Assembly (NCBI RefSeq): GCF_016432865.1
Contig: NC_067401.1
Span: forward strand, 142,166,001 to 142,230,000
DNA length: 64,000 nt
Reading direction: 5' to 3'
Source: Antechinus flavipes
Taxonomy: Eukaryota
Part shown: one piece after another, positions 39,012 through 50,945 of the stretch
How the letters are laid out: every line of letters begins with the position of its first letter
Position numbering within the stretch: position 1 is the first letter of the stretch
Notes under the pieces: generated by a model
The model's database searches: none
What the model was told of the DNA's origin: nothing
What the model saw: only the letters and a program-made list of their open reading frames with translations
Program-made: the position numbers and the translations under genes

Positions 39012-40440
39012 CCTTTTATTGACAGAACCTATACCAGGGTAATTTTTTACAACATTATCCCTTGCATTCACTTCTGTTCCAATTTTTCCCCTCTCTCCCT
39101 CCACCCCCTCCCCCAGATGGCAAGCAGTCTTATACATGTTAAATAGGTTACAGTATATCCTAGATACAATATATGTGTGTAGAACCAAACAGTTCTCTTG
39201 TTGCACAGGGAGAATTGAATTACGAAGGTATACATAACCCGGGAAGAAAAACCAAAATGCCAGCAGTTTATATTCATCTCCCAGTGTTCTTTCTTTGGGT
39301 GTAGCTGCTTCTGCCCATCCTTGATAAATTGAAACTGAGTTAGATCTCTTTGTCGAAGAGATCCACTTCCATCAGAATACAGCCTCAAACAGTATCGTTG
39401 TTGAGGTATATAATGATCTTCTGGTTCTGCTCATTTCACTTAGCATCAGTTCATGTAAGTCTTGCCAGTCCTCTCTGTATTCATCCTGCTGGTCATTTCT
39501 TACAGAACAATAATATTCCATAACATTCATATACCACAATTTACTCAACCATTCTCCAATTGATGGGCATCCATTCATTTTCCAGCTTCTAGCCACTACA
39601 AACAGGGCTGCCACAAACATTTTGGCACATACAGGTCCCTTTCCTTTCTTTAGTATCTCTTTGGGGTATAAGCCCAGTAGAAACACTGCTGGATCAAAGG
39701 GTATGCACAGTTTGATAACTTTTTGAGCATAGTTCCAAATTGCTCTCCAGAATGGCTGGATGTGTTCACAATTCCACCAACAATGTATCAGTGTCCCTGT
39801 TTTCCCACATCCCCTCCAACATTCTGCATTATCTTTCCCTGTCATTCTAGCCAATCTGACAGGTGTGTAGTGGTATCTCAGAGTTGTCTTAATTTGCATT
39901 TATCTGATTAATAATGATTTGGAGCATCATTTCATATGGCTAGAAATAGTTTCTATTTCTTCATCTGAGAATTGTCTGTTCATATCCTTTGACTATTTAT
40001 CAATTGGAGAATGGCTTGATTTATTATAAATTAGAGTCAACTCTCTATATATTTTGGAAATGAGACCTTTATCAGAACCTTTGACTGTAAAAATATTTTC
40101 CCAGTTTATTGTTTCCCTTCTGATCTTGTCTGCATTAGTTTTGTTACAATTTACAAAACTTTTCAATTTGATATAATCAAAATTTTCCATTTTGTAGTCA
40201 ATAATGATCTCTAGTTCTTCAGAAGGGATTTAGAAATGGGTTCTGTTTTGGACATGGTAAGTTTGAGATGCCTGTAGAACAACCAGTTCAAGATGTCCAA
40301 TAGGCATTTGGTGATGTGGGACTGGAGCTCAGGAGGGAGACAAAGGTTTGATATATAGATCTGGAAATCATTTGCATAAAGATGATTATTGACCCATGGG
40401 AGCTGATGAGATCAGAAATGACTGAGATGTTGGGAACCTT
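38215..40440 (-). mobile_element. L2 fragment split by the L1 at 38981-40217
   Basis: Starts aatcaatcaacaagcatttattaatcac and resumes after the L1 TSD with gttctgttttggacatggtaagtttgagatgcc. Confidence 0.65.
38981..40217 (-). mobile_element. 5'-truncated L1 (ORF2 C-terminus plus 3'UTR) inserted in L2
   Basis: ORF 39372-39899 encodes the L1 ORF2 Cys-rich domain (MQIKTTLRYHYTPVRLA...CWRGCGKTGTLIHCWW). TSD TTCAGAAGGG(G/A)TTTA at 38966-38980 and 40218-40232. The tail is (TA)n. Confidence 0.93.
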
Positions 40441-40778
40441 CATGCATCCCCTCCAATTCTGCTTAATAATTTTTCTTTTCCCCTTTAGACTTTCCTCTTC
40501 TCTCTCTTTTATAGTGTTTCTGAATTTTTGTGAATGTGTTGAAGAAATCCCATGAAAGCAGAAGACTGTATTTTATCAAAACTTCATGTATTTCTCTGTG
40601 CAATAAGCTTGCACTAAACATTTTGTTAAATTGAATTAGATTTAACCTTTTCTGATATTAAAGATTTTTGATTCTAATCCCAAGAGGCAAAATAACGTGT
40701 CAAAAATATTAGTGCAAATATAGCTTGAAACTATTAGTTAACACTCTTTCTTTGGTAAGAATTGGTGACACAGCTTTT

Positions 40779-41117
40779 TTTTTTTTTTTTTTAATTTTAT
40801 TTTATTTAATAATAACTTTGTATTGACAGAATCCATGCCAAGATAATTTTTACACGACATTATCCCTTGCAATCACTTATGTTTCGTTTTTTCCCCTCCC
40901 TCCCTCCTCCCCCCCCCCCAGGATGGCAAGCAGTCCTATATATGTTAAATATATTGCAGTATATCCTAGATACAATACATATTTGCAGAACCGAACAGTT
41001 CTCTTGTTGCACAGGGAGAATTGGATTCAGAAGGTAAAAATAACTCGGGAAGAAAATCAAAAATGCAAATAGTTCACATTCATTTCCCAGTATTCCTTCT
41101 TTGGGTGTAGCTGTTTC
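40779..41117 (-). mobile_element. Young L1 3'UTR fragment with 15-bp TSD
   Basis: Poly(T) plus L1 3'UTR, nearly identical to the copy at 4691. TSD GGTGACACAGCTTTT at 40764-40778 and 41118-41132. Confidence 0.92.
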
Positions 41118-41448
41118 GGTGACACAGCTTTTGAGGGGTCTTCTTGCCCATGTGGTGGGCCATTCTGAGAGGGCATGAAAAGCTTCAGGTTTGAGATGTG
41201 AATCTGACACTTATTAGTTGTCATTTAACTTTTTGAGCCTTAGTTTACTTATTTGTAAAGTGGTGATAATACTTGGCACTACTTGCTTTTTGGAGGTTAT
41301 TATGAGGAAAACTATTTATCCGCATGAGCTATTCTTATTTCTCCACTCCAGTAGGAGAGAAAGCCTGAGTAGCGGGGCTTGGGAGTCTGCTGGACCCATA
41401 CATTTACAACATGGGTGCTATAGTATGAAATTTTTTTTAAACCATTTC

Positions 41449-41647
41449 TCATTCCCATTCTCCCTTTCCTTTATTGCCCATTTCCCTCTTTCCTTTTCTC
41501 ATTTTTCCTCTTCCCTTTCCCTTTCTTTCTTTCTCCTTCTCTCCTTTTTCCTCCCTTTCTCTCTGTCTCCCTCCCCTCTCTCTCTCCTTTCCCATTTCCC
41601 TGTTTCTCCCTCCCCCCTTTTTCCTTCCCTCCTCTCTCTCTCTCTCC

Positions 41648-41709
<62 letters not shown>

Positions 41710-41850
41710 CATCTTTTTCCCTCTCTCTTCTCTCTTTTTTGCTCTCTCTGTCCATCTTTTTGTTCTCTGCCTCTCTTTCTCTTCTCTCTAATACTTTGTT
41801 TCTATGTCTCTGTTTCTCTGTCTTTGTCTCTTTCCCCTCTGTCTCTCTTA
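41449..41850. repeat. Polypyrimidine/(CT)n tract
   Basis: About 400 bp that is almost purely C/T on +, with a perfect (CT)n core near 41655-41700. Confidence 0.95.
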
Positions 41851-42288
41851 TGTCTCTGTTTGCTAGTGTGCTTTAGGGAAGGCAGGCAGGAAGCATTTAT
41901 GAAGTACTTACTATGTGCCAGGCCCTATGCAAAAAGCTTTATAAATATTATCTCATTTGAGCTTCACAACATCAACTCTGGGAGGTAGGTGCTATTAGAT
42001 TCCCATTTTGAGAAACCTAACTTGCCTGGAGTCACACAGTTAATCAGAGTCTGAGAGCAGATTGATATTCAGGTCTTCTTGATTTTAGGTCCAGTGTTCT
42101 AAACCTTGTGAAACCTAACTGCCGCTGGGCAGCTATGGGAATTTTTGATATTGGAATGAGCCTTCTCACGCTCCTTTCAATCCCGTCTTTCCCTATTGGA
42201 TACACTAAAAATGTCGTCCATCTGAATCTAAGAGCAGGGATTAGGTCAGCATTCCCTTATTTTAGCCTGAATGTTTTCTCCCCCACAG

Positions 42289-42554
42289 CCACTAGAGAAT
42301 CTGCTTTTGTGCATGCTATTGCCTCAGCTGGCGTGGCTTTTGCCGTCACCCGGTCTTGTGCCGAGGGCACCTCTACAATCTGCGGCTGTGACTCCCATCA
42401 CAAGGGGCCTCCTGGAGATGGCTGGAAGTGGGGTGGCTGCAGTGAAGATGCTGACTTTGGGGTGCTGGTCTCCAGGGAGTTTGCTGATGCCCGGGAGAAT
42501 CGCCCAGATGCCCGCTCTGCCATGAACAAACATAACAATGAGGCTGGCAGGACG
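42289..42554 (+). CDS. WNT3: WNT3 coding exon 3 (266 bp)
   Basis: Acceptor ccccacAG|CC is phase 1 and completes G|CC=Ala with exon 2. Donor ACG|GTgagt. Encodes ATRESAFVHAIASAGVAFAVTRSCAEGTSTICGCDSHHKGPPGDGWKWGGCSEDADFGVLVSREFADARENRPDARSAMNKHNNEAGRT. Confidence 0.98.
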
Positions 42555-43122
42555 GTGAGTAAGAGCCTTCTCCCTCAGTCTTCCTCTCTCAAATCTTCTT
42601 TCTTTTTCTTTCTGATCCCACTCCCTTTCACTTCTATTTTCCTACTCCAGTTCTTCCTTTCAGGTCTCAAGGCTCTCAATTTATGCCCCCAGAGCACCTT
42701 CTAATCAGCTCCCAGCATTGCCTTTGGCTGGACGGTTTTCTGCCTAGGAGACCTTGTCTTTCAGGAACACTGATCTAGTTGTTTATAAGTAAGAGAAGAA
42801 TCAGCAGGGAATCTGTGCTCTCCTCTTCAGCTTTGCCATTTTGCTCGCTGTCAGGCTGAGTCTTTTCTCAATTCTGGACCTCAGTTTTCCCATCTATTCT
42901 CCTAGACAAGGTTAAAGAAATTTTGAGGGAAGGAAAAGGGAATGGGGTGTTGAGTCAGAAAAAACCCAGAATGATAATGTGGGAGGAGATAAGTTTTTGC
43001 TTGACTTTGAAGCTTAAGAAATAAACCTTGCCCAGTTGGCCATAGTTATAGGTAACCTTACAAAGAGGAAATGAGAGTCCTGAGATATACTGTGGCTGCT
43101 TTGGTCCCTCTCCTTCCCACAG

Positions 43123-43602
43123 ACTATCCTGGACCACATGCACCTCAAATGTAAGTGCCACGGGCTCTCGGGGAGCTGCGAAGTGAAGACCTGTTGGTGG
43201 GCCCAGCCTGACTTCCGGGCCATCGGTGACTTCCTCAAGGACAAGTATGACAGTGCCTCTGAGATGGTGGTAGAGAAACACCGAGAGTCAAGGGGATGGG
43301 TGGAAACCCTCCGGGCCAAGTATGCACTCTTCAAACCACCTACTGAGCGGGACCTGGTTTATTATGAGAACTCCCCCAATTTCTGTGAACCCAATCCTGA
43401 AACCGGGTCCTTCGGAACTAGGGACCGGACTTGTAACGTAACCTCCCATGGGATCGATGGCTGTGACCTTCTGTGCTGTGGCCGAGGCCACAATACACGG
43501 ACAGAGAAGCGAAAGGAGAAATGTCATTGCATCTTTCATTGGTGTTGCTATGTCAGCTGCCAAGAGTGTATCCGTATCTATGATGTCCATACCTGCAAGT
43601 AA
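43123..43602 (+). CDS. WNT3: WNT3 coding exon 4 to stop (TAA 43600-43602)
   Basis: Acceptor ttcccacAG|ACT is phase 0. Encodes [19 protein letters not shown]...[13 protein letters not shown]. The palmitoleoylation motif [10 protein letters not shown] is intact (Ser codon 43168-43170) and the C-terminal cysteines are intact. Assuming the 80-nt exon 1 recalled from human, the frame totals 355 aa. Confidence 0.98.
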   Translation, partial: TILDHMHLKCKCHGLSGSCEVKTCWWAQPDFRAIGDFLKDKYDSASEMVVEKHRESRGWVETLRAKYALFKPPTERDLVYYENSPNFCEPNPETGSFGTRDRTCNVTSHGIDGCDLLCCGRGHNTRTEKRKEKCHCIFHWCCYVSCQECIRIYDVHTCK

Positions 43603-45324
43603 AGACCGGAGGTAGGAGGCAAACCAGAAAGAGAGGGTAGGGGTTGGTTAATGTAGAGGGAAAGGGAGGGATGGGTGAAAATGACCCCTGATAACCAGAA
43701 TAAGATAGCAAGTGCTGTTTATTCCTCCTCCTGACACCCATAGTCAGTTCCAGTTTGTCCAGGTATTTGAGTTCCTAGATAGCTTGAAATGGAAACAGGC
43801 TTTCCAGATCTAAATGAAATGACCTTGGACTAATGGAGTAATGACCTTAAGGCCACAGATATACAGGAACCATAGAAGCGGGTGATGGAATGGATAGAGG
43901 TTCAACAACTTATTGAAATTCTCATTTAAACTTCTAGTAGATAATGAAGCAGATTGCTTGGGGTGGGGATAGAGTGGTGGGGGGGCAGAGGCAAGGATTC
44001 TAAGAAGAAGAGATGAGGATGGACAATGTTTTACTCATAAGGAGGACAGTTTGTTCAAAGTCACAAAGGGTGCCACTGAGTGTTCTGCTACTATTAAACT
44101 CAGGTGGAGAAAAAAGAGCCTGATTATTAAGTAAAAGACCAATTGAAAAGAGGAGATGGGGACTTTTGTACAGAAGTTTAACTTCTTAATATATGGACCC
44201 CTTTAAAACATCAGGGTTTAGGGAGATATCCAATATAGTTCTACAAAGAACCTAGGGTCATTTCCAGTCATCCTAATATCTTGTCACTGGATTTAGATGG
44301 CTCTGGAGAAGAGATTGAGACTGGTGACTTGGCACAGCCTACCCAATTTATTTGCAAGTCATGACATCTCCTTCCCATGTCATGTTCCTCTTTGAGAACA
44401 AAGGACAAAGAATAATTTACAAGTAGTTGTAGCTGCCCCACTGGAGACTTCCCAGTNNNNNNNNNNNNNNNNNNNNNNNNNNNNNNNNNNNNNNNNNNNN
44501 NNNNNNNNNNNNNNNNNNNNNNNNNNNNNNNNNNNNNNNNNNNNNNNNNNNNNNNNNNNNNNNNNNNNNNNNNNNNNNNNNNNNNNNNNNNNNNNNNNNN
44601 NNNNNNNNNNNNNNNNNNNNNNNNNNNNNNNNNNNNNNNACATAGGGAATCATATCTTTACCCACAGAAGTTCTGCCCAAAGGAATGTTAATTTTAATTG
44701 CTGAAATCTAACAAGTATCTTGGGGTTTAAAGGCTAGCTTTCTTTTTTATGGATCATGACTCATACTCAAATCACTTTGGCTGTACTTGAATAGTCAACC
44801 ATGGGTTGCAGTCCAAGTCTCACTTGGTCATTATATGAAGTCTGATGGTTCAGAGTAAGTGTAAATAGCAATTGTTTCTGTTTTGGCCAGAAACCCTGAG
44901 GTNNNNNNNNNNNNNNNNNNNNNNNNNNNNNNNNNNNNNNNNNNNNNNNNNNNNNNNNNNNNNNNNNNNNNNNNNNNNNNNNNNNNNNNNNNNNNNNNNN
45001 NNNNNNNNNNNNNNNNNNNNNNNNNNNNNNNNNNNNNNNNNNNNNNNNNNNNNNNNNNNNNNNNNNNNNNNNNNNNNNNNNNNNNNNNNNNNNNNNNNNN
45101 NNNNNNNNNNNNNNNNNNNNNNNNNNNNNNNNNNNNNNNNNNNNNNNNNNNNNNNNNNNNNNNNNNNNNNNNNNNNNNNNNNNNNNNNNNNNNNNNNNNN
45201 NNNNNNNNNNNNNNNNNNNNNNNNNNNNNNNNNNNNNNNNNNNNNNNNNNNNNNNNNNNNNNNNNNNNNNNNNNNNNNNNNNNNNNNNNNNNNNNNNNNN
45301 NNNNNNNNNNNNNNNNNNNNNNNN

Positions 45325-45605
45325 NNCATTCTTTGCTTCATTTTTATCTAGCCTTAATCACTGAATGAATGATTTCTTCAGTCAAACTGAGACCTGGGAA
45401 AGACCTTAGCTTAAAAAAGGTCAAGACCTCCCACTGCATCCAGGACTATCTCTTGATCTATCTTGCCACTGGATCCAAATGGCTCTGGAGGAGAGAGAGA
45501 GTCTAGTGACTTTGCATAGACCTCCCTCATTTAAATCCAATTCATTTGCAAGTTGATATTTCTGATGTCATGGTGCTCTTTGAGAACAAAGGACAAACAA
45601 CAACA
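45325..45605 (+). mobile_element. Marsupial SINE-like repeat (WALLSI4/MdoRep1-like); second diverged copy at about 44270-44415
   Basis: gccactggatccaaatggctctggagga...gtcatggtgctctttgagaacaaaggacaaacaac occurs in both copies. Family name uncertain. Confidence 0.55.
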
Positions 45606-45759
45606 AAAAAGTTATAAAAAGCCCCATAAAATAGCCTTTTATTCACCTGTGAAAACCCCTACTTCTTATTGTAGAATGAGAAGGAATGAAAAACTTTTTT
45701 TCAATTAAAAATGGAAAATCCTCTCTTCTTCCTATTGCCCCAATGAAAATTATTAAAAA

Positions 45760-48700
45760 AGAAAATGCTAGAAATACTAGTTGCATCAATAAGACAAGAA
45801 AAAGAAATCAAAGGAATAAGAACAAGGAAAAAAGTTATAGATTTTTTTGCAGATGATATGATGTTATGCTTAGAGAATCCTCGAGAATCAGGTAAAAAAC
45901 TAGTTGAAAGTTCTTAAACAATTAAAGATTATCTATTATGATGAGGTGGGATTTATACCAGGTTCAATATTAGGAAAACTATCCATATAATTGACCATAT
46001 TAATGACAAAACAACAATTGCAAGATTATTTCAATAGATGTAGAAAAAACTTTTGACAAAATACAACATTCATTCTAGAAATAAATGAAGCTTTGTGAAA
46101 ATAAGCAGTATTTCTCTAAAATGTTCAGGAAGCATTATCTATAATGGGGATAAGCTTTTTTCCCAAAAAAAATCAGAGGTGAAGTAAGAATGGCCATTAT
46201 CACCACTATTATTAAAAAATGTACTAGAAATATTTGCTCTAACAAAAAGACAAGAAAAATAAATCAAAGGAATAAAAACAGGCAATGATGTAACATAACT
46301 ATCACTTTATGCCGTTGATGTGATGGTATACTTAAAGAATCAACTGAAAACTGAAATAATCAACTTTAGCAAAGATTTAAGGTAGAAAATAAACCCACAT
46401 AAATTATTGCTATTTCTATATATTATCAACATTACCCAATAGGATGAGATAGAAAAAAAATTTCATTTAAAAACAGCAGACAATATAAAATACTTAGGAG
46501 TCTGCATGCCAAGATAAACCCAAAAACTATGTAAACACAATTACAAAACACTTTTCATACAAACACAGATATAAACAACAAATTGCCTATCAGAGCTATA
46601 GAAAAGGAAAGTTTTTATGATCAAACAAAAGATAGAGAGGATTACAGGAGGTAAACTCAATAATTTTAATTACATGAAATTAGAAATGTTTTCACACAAA
46701 CAAAAATCAATTCAGTCAAAATTGAATGGAAAGCAGGAAACTGGGGAGGGGGGCAATTTTGTAACAGTTTTCTCAAAAATATAGGGAACTGAGTCAAACT
46801 TGCAAAAAAATAAGAGCTATTCTCAGATTGATAAATGGCCAAAGGATGTGAATAGGTAATTTTCAGAAGAAGAAATCAAAGCTATCTATAGTCATGTGAA
46901 AAAAATGCTACAAATCATTATTAATTAAAGAAATAGAGAAAACAACTCTGAAGTTTCATCATATACCTATTAGGTTGGCTAACATGACAGAAAAGAAAAA
47001 TGACAGCTGTTGAAGTAGATGAGAAAAAATAGGGATACTTATGCATTGTTTGTAGAGTTGTGAACTTGTGCAATTAAGCTGGAGAAAAATTTGAAACATG
47101 TCCAAAGGACTGTAAAATTATGGATACCCTTTGATTTTTTATCTTTTATTTTTTCTAGCAGTTCTTTATTTATGTAATATTTTTCTCTAGATACATTTAA
47201 AACATTTTTTACATTTATTTTTAAAACTTTTGAGTTCCAGATTCTTTCCCTTATCATCCACTCCCCAACCCCCATTAAGAAACCACATGTGAAGTTATGC
47301 AAAACATTTCCCAAAAAGTCATGTTGTGAAAGAAAACATAGATTTCCCATCCTAAAAACAAACAAACAAAAAAAAACAAAAACACTTCAAAAAAATAANN
47401 NNNNNNNNNNNNNNNNNNNNNNNNNNNNNNNNNNNNNNNNNNNNNNNNNNNNNNNNNNNNNNNNNNNNNNNNNNNNNNNNNNNNNNNNNNNNNNNNNNNN
47501 NNNNNNNNNNNNNNNNNNNNNNNNNNNNNNNNNNNNNNNNNNNNNNNNNNNNNNNNNNNNCAGACACAATCAATTCCTTCTCTGGGTATGGATAGGATTT
47601 TTCATCATAAGTCCTTTGTGGTAGTTGTGGATATTGCTGAGAATAGCAAAGTCATTTACAACTTGTCATCCCAGAACACTGCTATTATTTTATATACAGT
47701 ACATTTCACTTTGCTCATTGAGGTCATGGAGAACTTTCCAGGTTTTTTTTTCCTGAAAGCATCCTGCTCATCATTTCCCACAGAACAATAACATTCCATC
47801 ATAACCACATACCACAATTTATCCAGCTATTCCCCAAATGACTGAGCATCTCCTCGATTTTCAATTTTTTACCCTGAGTTGAGAGCTGCTATAAATATTT
47901 TTGTACATATACATCCTTTTCCTTAAAAAAATTTTTTTTTGGGATTCGTGGCTAGTGGAAGTATTGTTAAGTCAAAGGATATATATGAATTTATAGCTCT
48001 TTGGGCATAGATCATATCTTTTGATCATTTATCAATTGGGGCATGGCTCTTATTTTTTATAAATTTGACTCAGTTCCCTCTATGTTTGAGAAATGAGACT
48101 TATCAGACAAACTTGCTTCAAATTTCTTTTTACAATTACTATTGCCAAATGTATTTCCCTCATTTATTCTATTCTCTCTCCTTTCCCCCTGTCCTTTGCC
48201 CATTCTCAAAAGTGTTTTGTTACTGACCACTGCCTTCTCCAATGTGTCCTCTCTTTTATCACCTTCCCCCCTTTCCATATTCCATTCCCCTCCTACTTTC
48301 CTGCAGGGTAACATAGATTTCTATGCCCATATTGAGTGTTTGTGTTATTTCCTCTTTGAGTTCATTTTGCTGAGAATAAGGTTCACTCATTCACTCTGTA
48401 CTCCCACTCCTTCTTTCCATATAAAAGCTTTTTCTTGTCTCTTTTTATGGCAGATAAAATTATCTAGGAATTTAGGAATACCCTTTGATCCAGCAGTGCC
48501 ACTGTTCTGTATCCCAAAGAGAAAAAGAAAAAGAAAGAATACCTATATGTACACAGATATTTATAACAGTTCTTCTTGTAATGGCAAAGAATTAGAAATG
48601 GAGAGAATGTCCATCAGTCCAATGGCTGAATAAGTTGTGGTATATGATAATGATAGAATACTACTGTGCTATAAGAAATGATAAAGGGGATAGTTTTAGA

Positions 48701-48810
48701 AAAACTTGGGAAGACCCATGTAAATCGATGCAGAATAAAGTCAGGAGAGCCAGAAGATCATTGTATACAATAATAGCAATATTATAAAATGATCAACAGT
48801 GAAAGACTTC
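45760..48810 (+). mobile_element. Old degenerate L1 ORF2 (RT to C-terminus), interrupted at 47136-48477
   Basis: Decayed RT motifs (gcagatgatatgatg, the ADDM region; gaaaaaacttttgacaaaatacaacattc, EKxFDKIQH). ORF2 C-terminal sequence resumes at IPFDPAVPL after the insert. Confidence 0.8.
47136..48477 (-). mobile_element. Antisense old L1 fragment nested in the + strand L1
   Basis: T-rich tail and marsupial L1 3'UTR on the minus strand, flanked by the duplicated ATACCCTTTGAT (47124-47135 and 48478-48489). Spans the gap at 47399-47560. Confidence 0.75.
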
Positions 48811-50599
48811 GACATCCTTACTATCTGTATGATCTTGGGGGAATCACTTAAACTTTGCCTCAGTTTTGCCAACTGAAAAGTAGGAATAATATCTCTGTTG
48901 GTATCATTTATGTTTGCACTATGTCCCTGATTGTATCATTTATTCTTACTCTCTAAATTTACTATTGTCAGTCATCTTGAATAAACTATGTTCTCTTAGA
49001 TAGATGAGATACTTTCCCAAAGCCCACTTTAGAAGCACTTACCTCCTGAGGATCAAATGAGATAATACTTGTAAAGTGCTTATCACAGTGCTGGCACATA
49101 GTAGATACTTAAATGATTTCTCCCTCCCTCCCTTCTTCCTTCCCTCTATTTCTCCATTTGTCTCTCATCTTTTCCCTTCTTTTCATTGCTTTCTTTCCTT
49201 TCCTTCCTAACTCTATCAGGAATCTGCTCTTTTTCATGGAATCTCAGAATTGAATCTAAGAGTCATCCAGTGCAATTCATAGCAGGGCAGAAATCCTTTC
49301 TACTACATTTTTGACAAGTAGTTTTCTGGCTCTCCACTTGAATACCTCCTTTGGTGGGTAGCTCATTTCCTGTTGAGTTAATTCTTTGCTATAAAGCCAC
49401 ACTTTTCCCTAAATTCAGGGCATTAATAATATGTGACTAATAATGCTAGGGGTGCTTCAGGAGAAGCGGAGCACAGAAATAATTGGGTCTCCTTGCCTCT
49501 TGAAGATTTTATTTCAATTCTGAAGGCCCTATATGAATATCAATAAGTGGGATCTAATAGTGATGTCAGCTTTGGGAAATCCGAAGTAATTCAAGTCCTG
49601 CCTCTGGAACAGGCTAGCAGTATGATTATGTGATTATTAACTTGGTGGCCCCAGGTAACTCATTAAGACCATAAAGACCAGTTGCTTATCTGTATTAGAA
49701 GAGGAAATTTTCCATTATGGGAGTTGCATACACCNNNNNNNNNNNNNNNNNNNNNNNNNNNNNNNNNNNNNNNNNNNNNNNNNNNNNNNNNNNNNNNNNN
49801 NNNNNNNNNNNNNNNNNNNNNNNNNNNNNNNNNNNNNNNNNNNNNNNNNNNNNNNNNNNNNNNNNACAGACAGAGACAGACAGATATAGAGAGAGACAAA
49901 GAGAAACAGAGACAGACACACACACACACATACACCCCAAGTATTACCATTGAGTTATTGCTGATTATTTGTAACTACTATGATGGGTAGTATCATAACT
50001 ACCCATGACAGAAAGAAACACAAAAAAAATCATGATCATTTAACCTAAAACCAAGTATTAAATCTCTTAGAAACAGTTCTAGATTTCAAAGGCTAAACAT
50101 AAAGTCAGAAAGGTCTCTGAAACACTAAATTTGTTCCCAGATACCTTATTAGGTTTGGTGAGTCCAGGTTGAATTGACCACTTGCTATGAAAGCAACATT
50201 AAGAATGTTATGGACTTGCGATCTGAAATGGAAATCAGGACACTGTGGTTTTGTTGTCTGTCCATAAGGATTGCAATGAATTTAAAAACTCCTCTTTTCG
50301 GGCTTTCCTTTTTTCCATATACAAATAAAATCATCTGAGAAGTAGCATAATTTAGTGGATAGAAAATTGAACTTAGAGCTAGAAAGAGAGGATCAAAGGC
50401 AGTTGAGTAGCACAATGGAAAGAGCATCATGCTTGGCATCAGAAATATGTGAATTCAAATTCTATCTCAGATATTGGTTAGCTATGTGATCACAGGTAAG
50501 TGATTTAAAAAAATATATATCTCTATGCCTCGGTTTCCATATCTATAAAATCAGGATAATAAGAGCATTCACTTCTCAGGGTTGTTGTGAGGATGAAAT

Positions 50600-50945
50600 G
50601 AGATAATATGCTTTTAATTTTTTAATTTTTATAATAATGGCATTTTATTTTTCCAAATACCTGCAAAGAAAGATATTCAACATTCACCTTTGCAAAACCT
50701 TGTGTTCCAGATTTTTCTCGCTTCTTCCCCCATTCCCCTAGACATTAAGCAATCCAATATAGGTTAAACATCCAATTCTTCTAAACATATTTCCATATTT
50801 ATCATGCTATACAAGAAAAATCAGATCAAAAGGGAAAAAACCACAAGAAAGAAAAAACACAAGCAAATAAACAACAACAAAACGTGAAAATACTATGCTT
50901 TGATTCACATTCATAGTTCTGTTTTTGGATGTGGATGTTCTTTCC
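50600..50945 (-). mobile_element. Old L1 3' end inserted in a MIR
   Basis: T-rich tail followed by antisense marsupial L1 3'UTR. Confidence 0.65.

Noticed and set aside
41218-41988. 256-aa Leu/Ser-rich ORF and overlapping RE-repeat ORFs
   Set aside because: Artefacts of the CT/GA low-complexity tract.
31131-43602. Assignment as WNT3A
   Set aside because: Diagnostic residues ([47 protein letters not shown]) and the NSF neighbour indicate WNT3.
44270-45605. Similar SINE-like sequences flanking two gaps as a possible assembly duplication
   Set aside because: The two copies are clearly diverged, which fits independent insertions of a common repeat.
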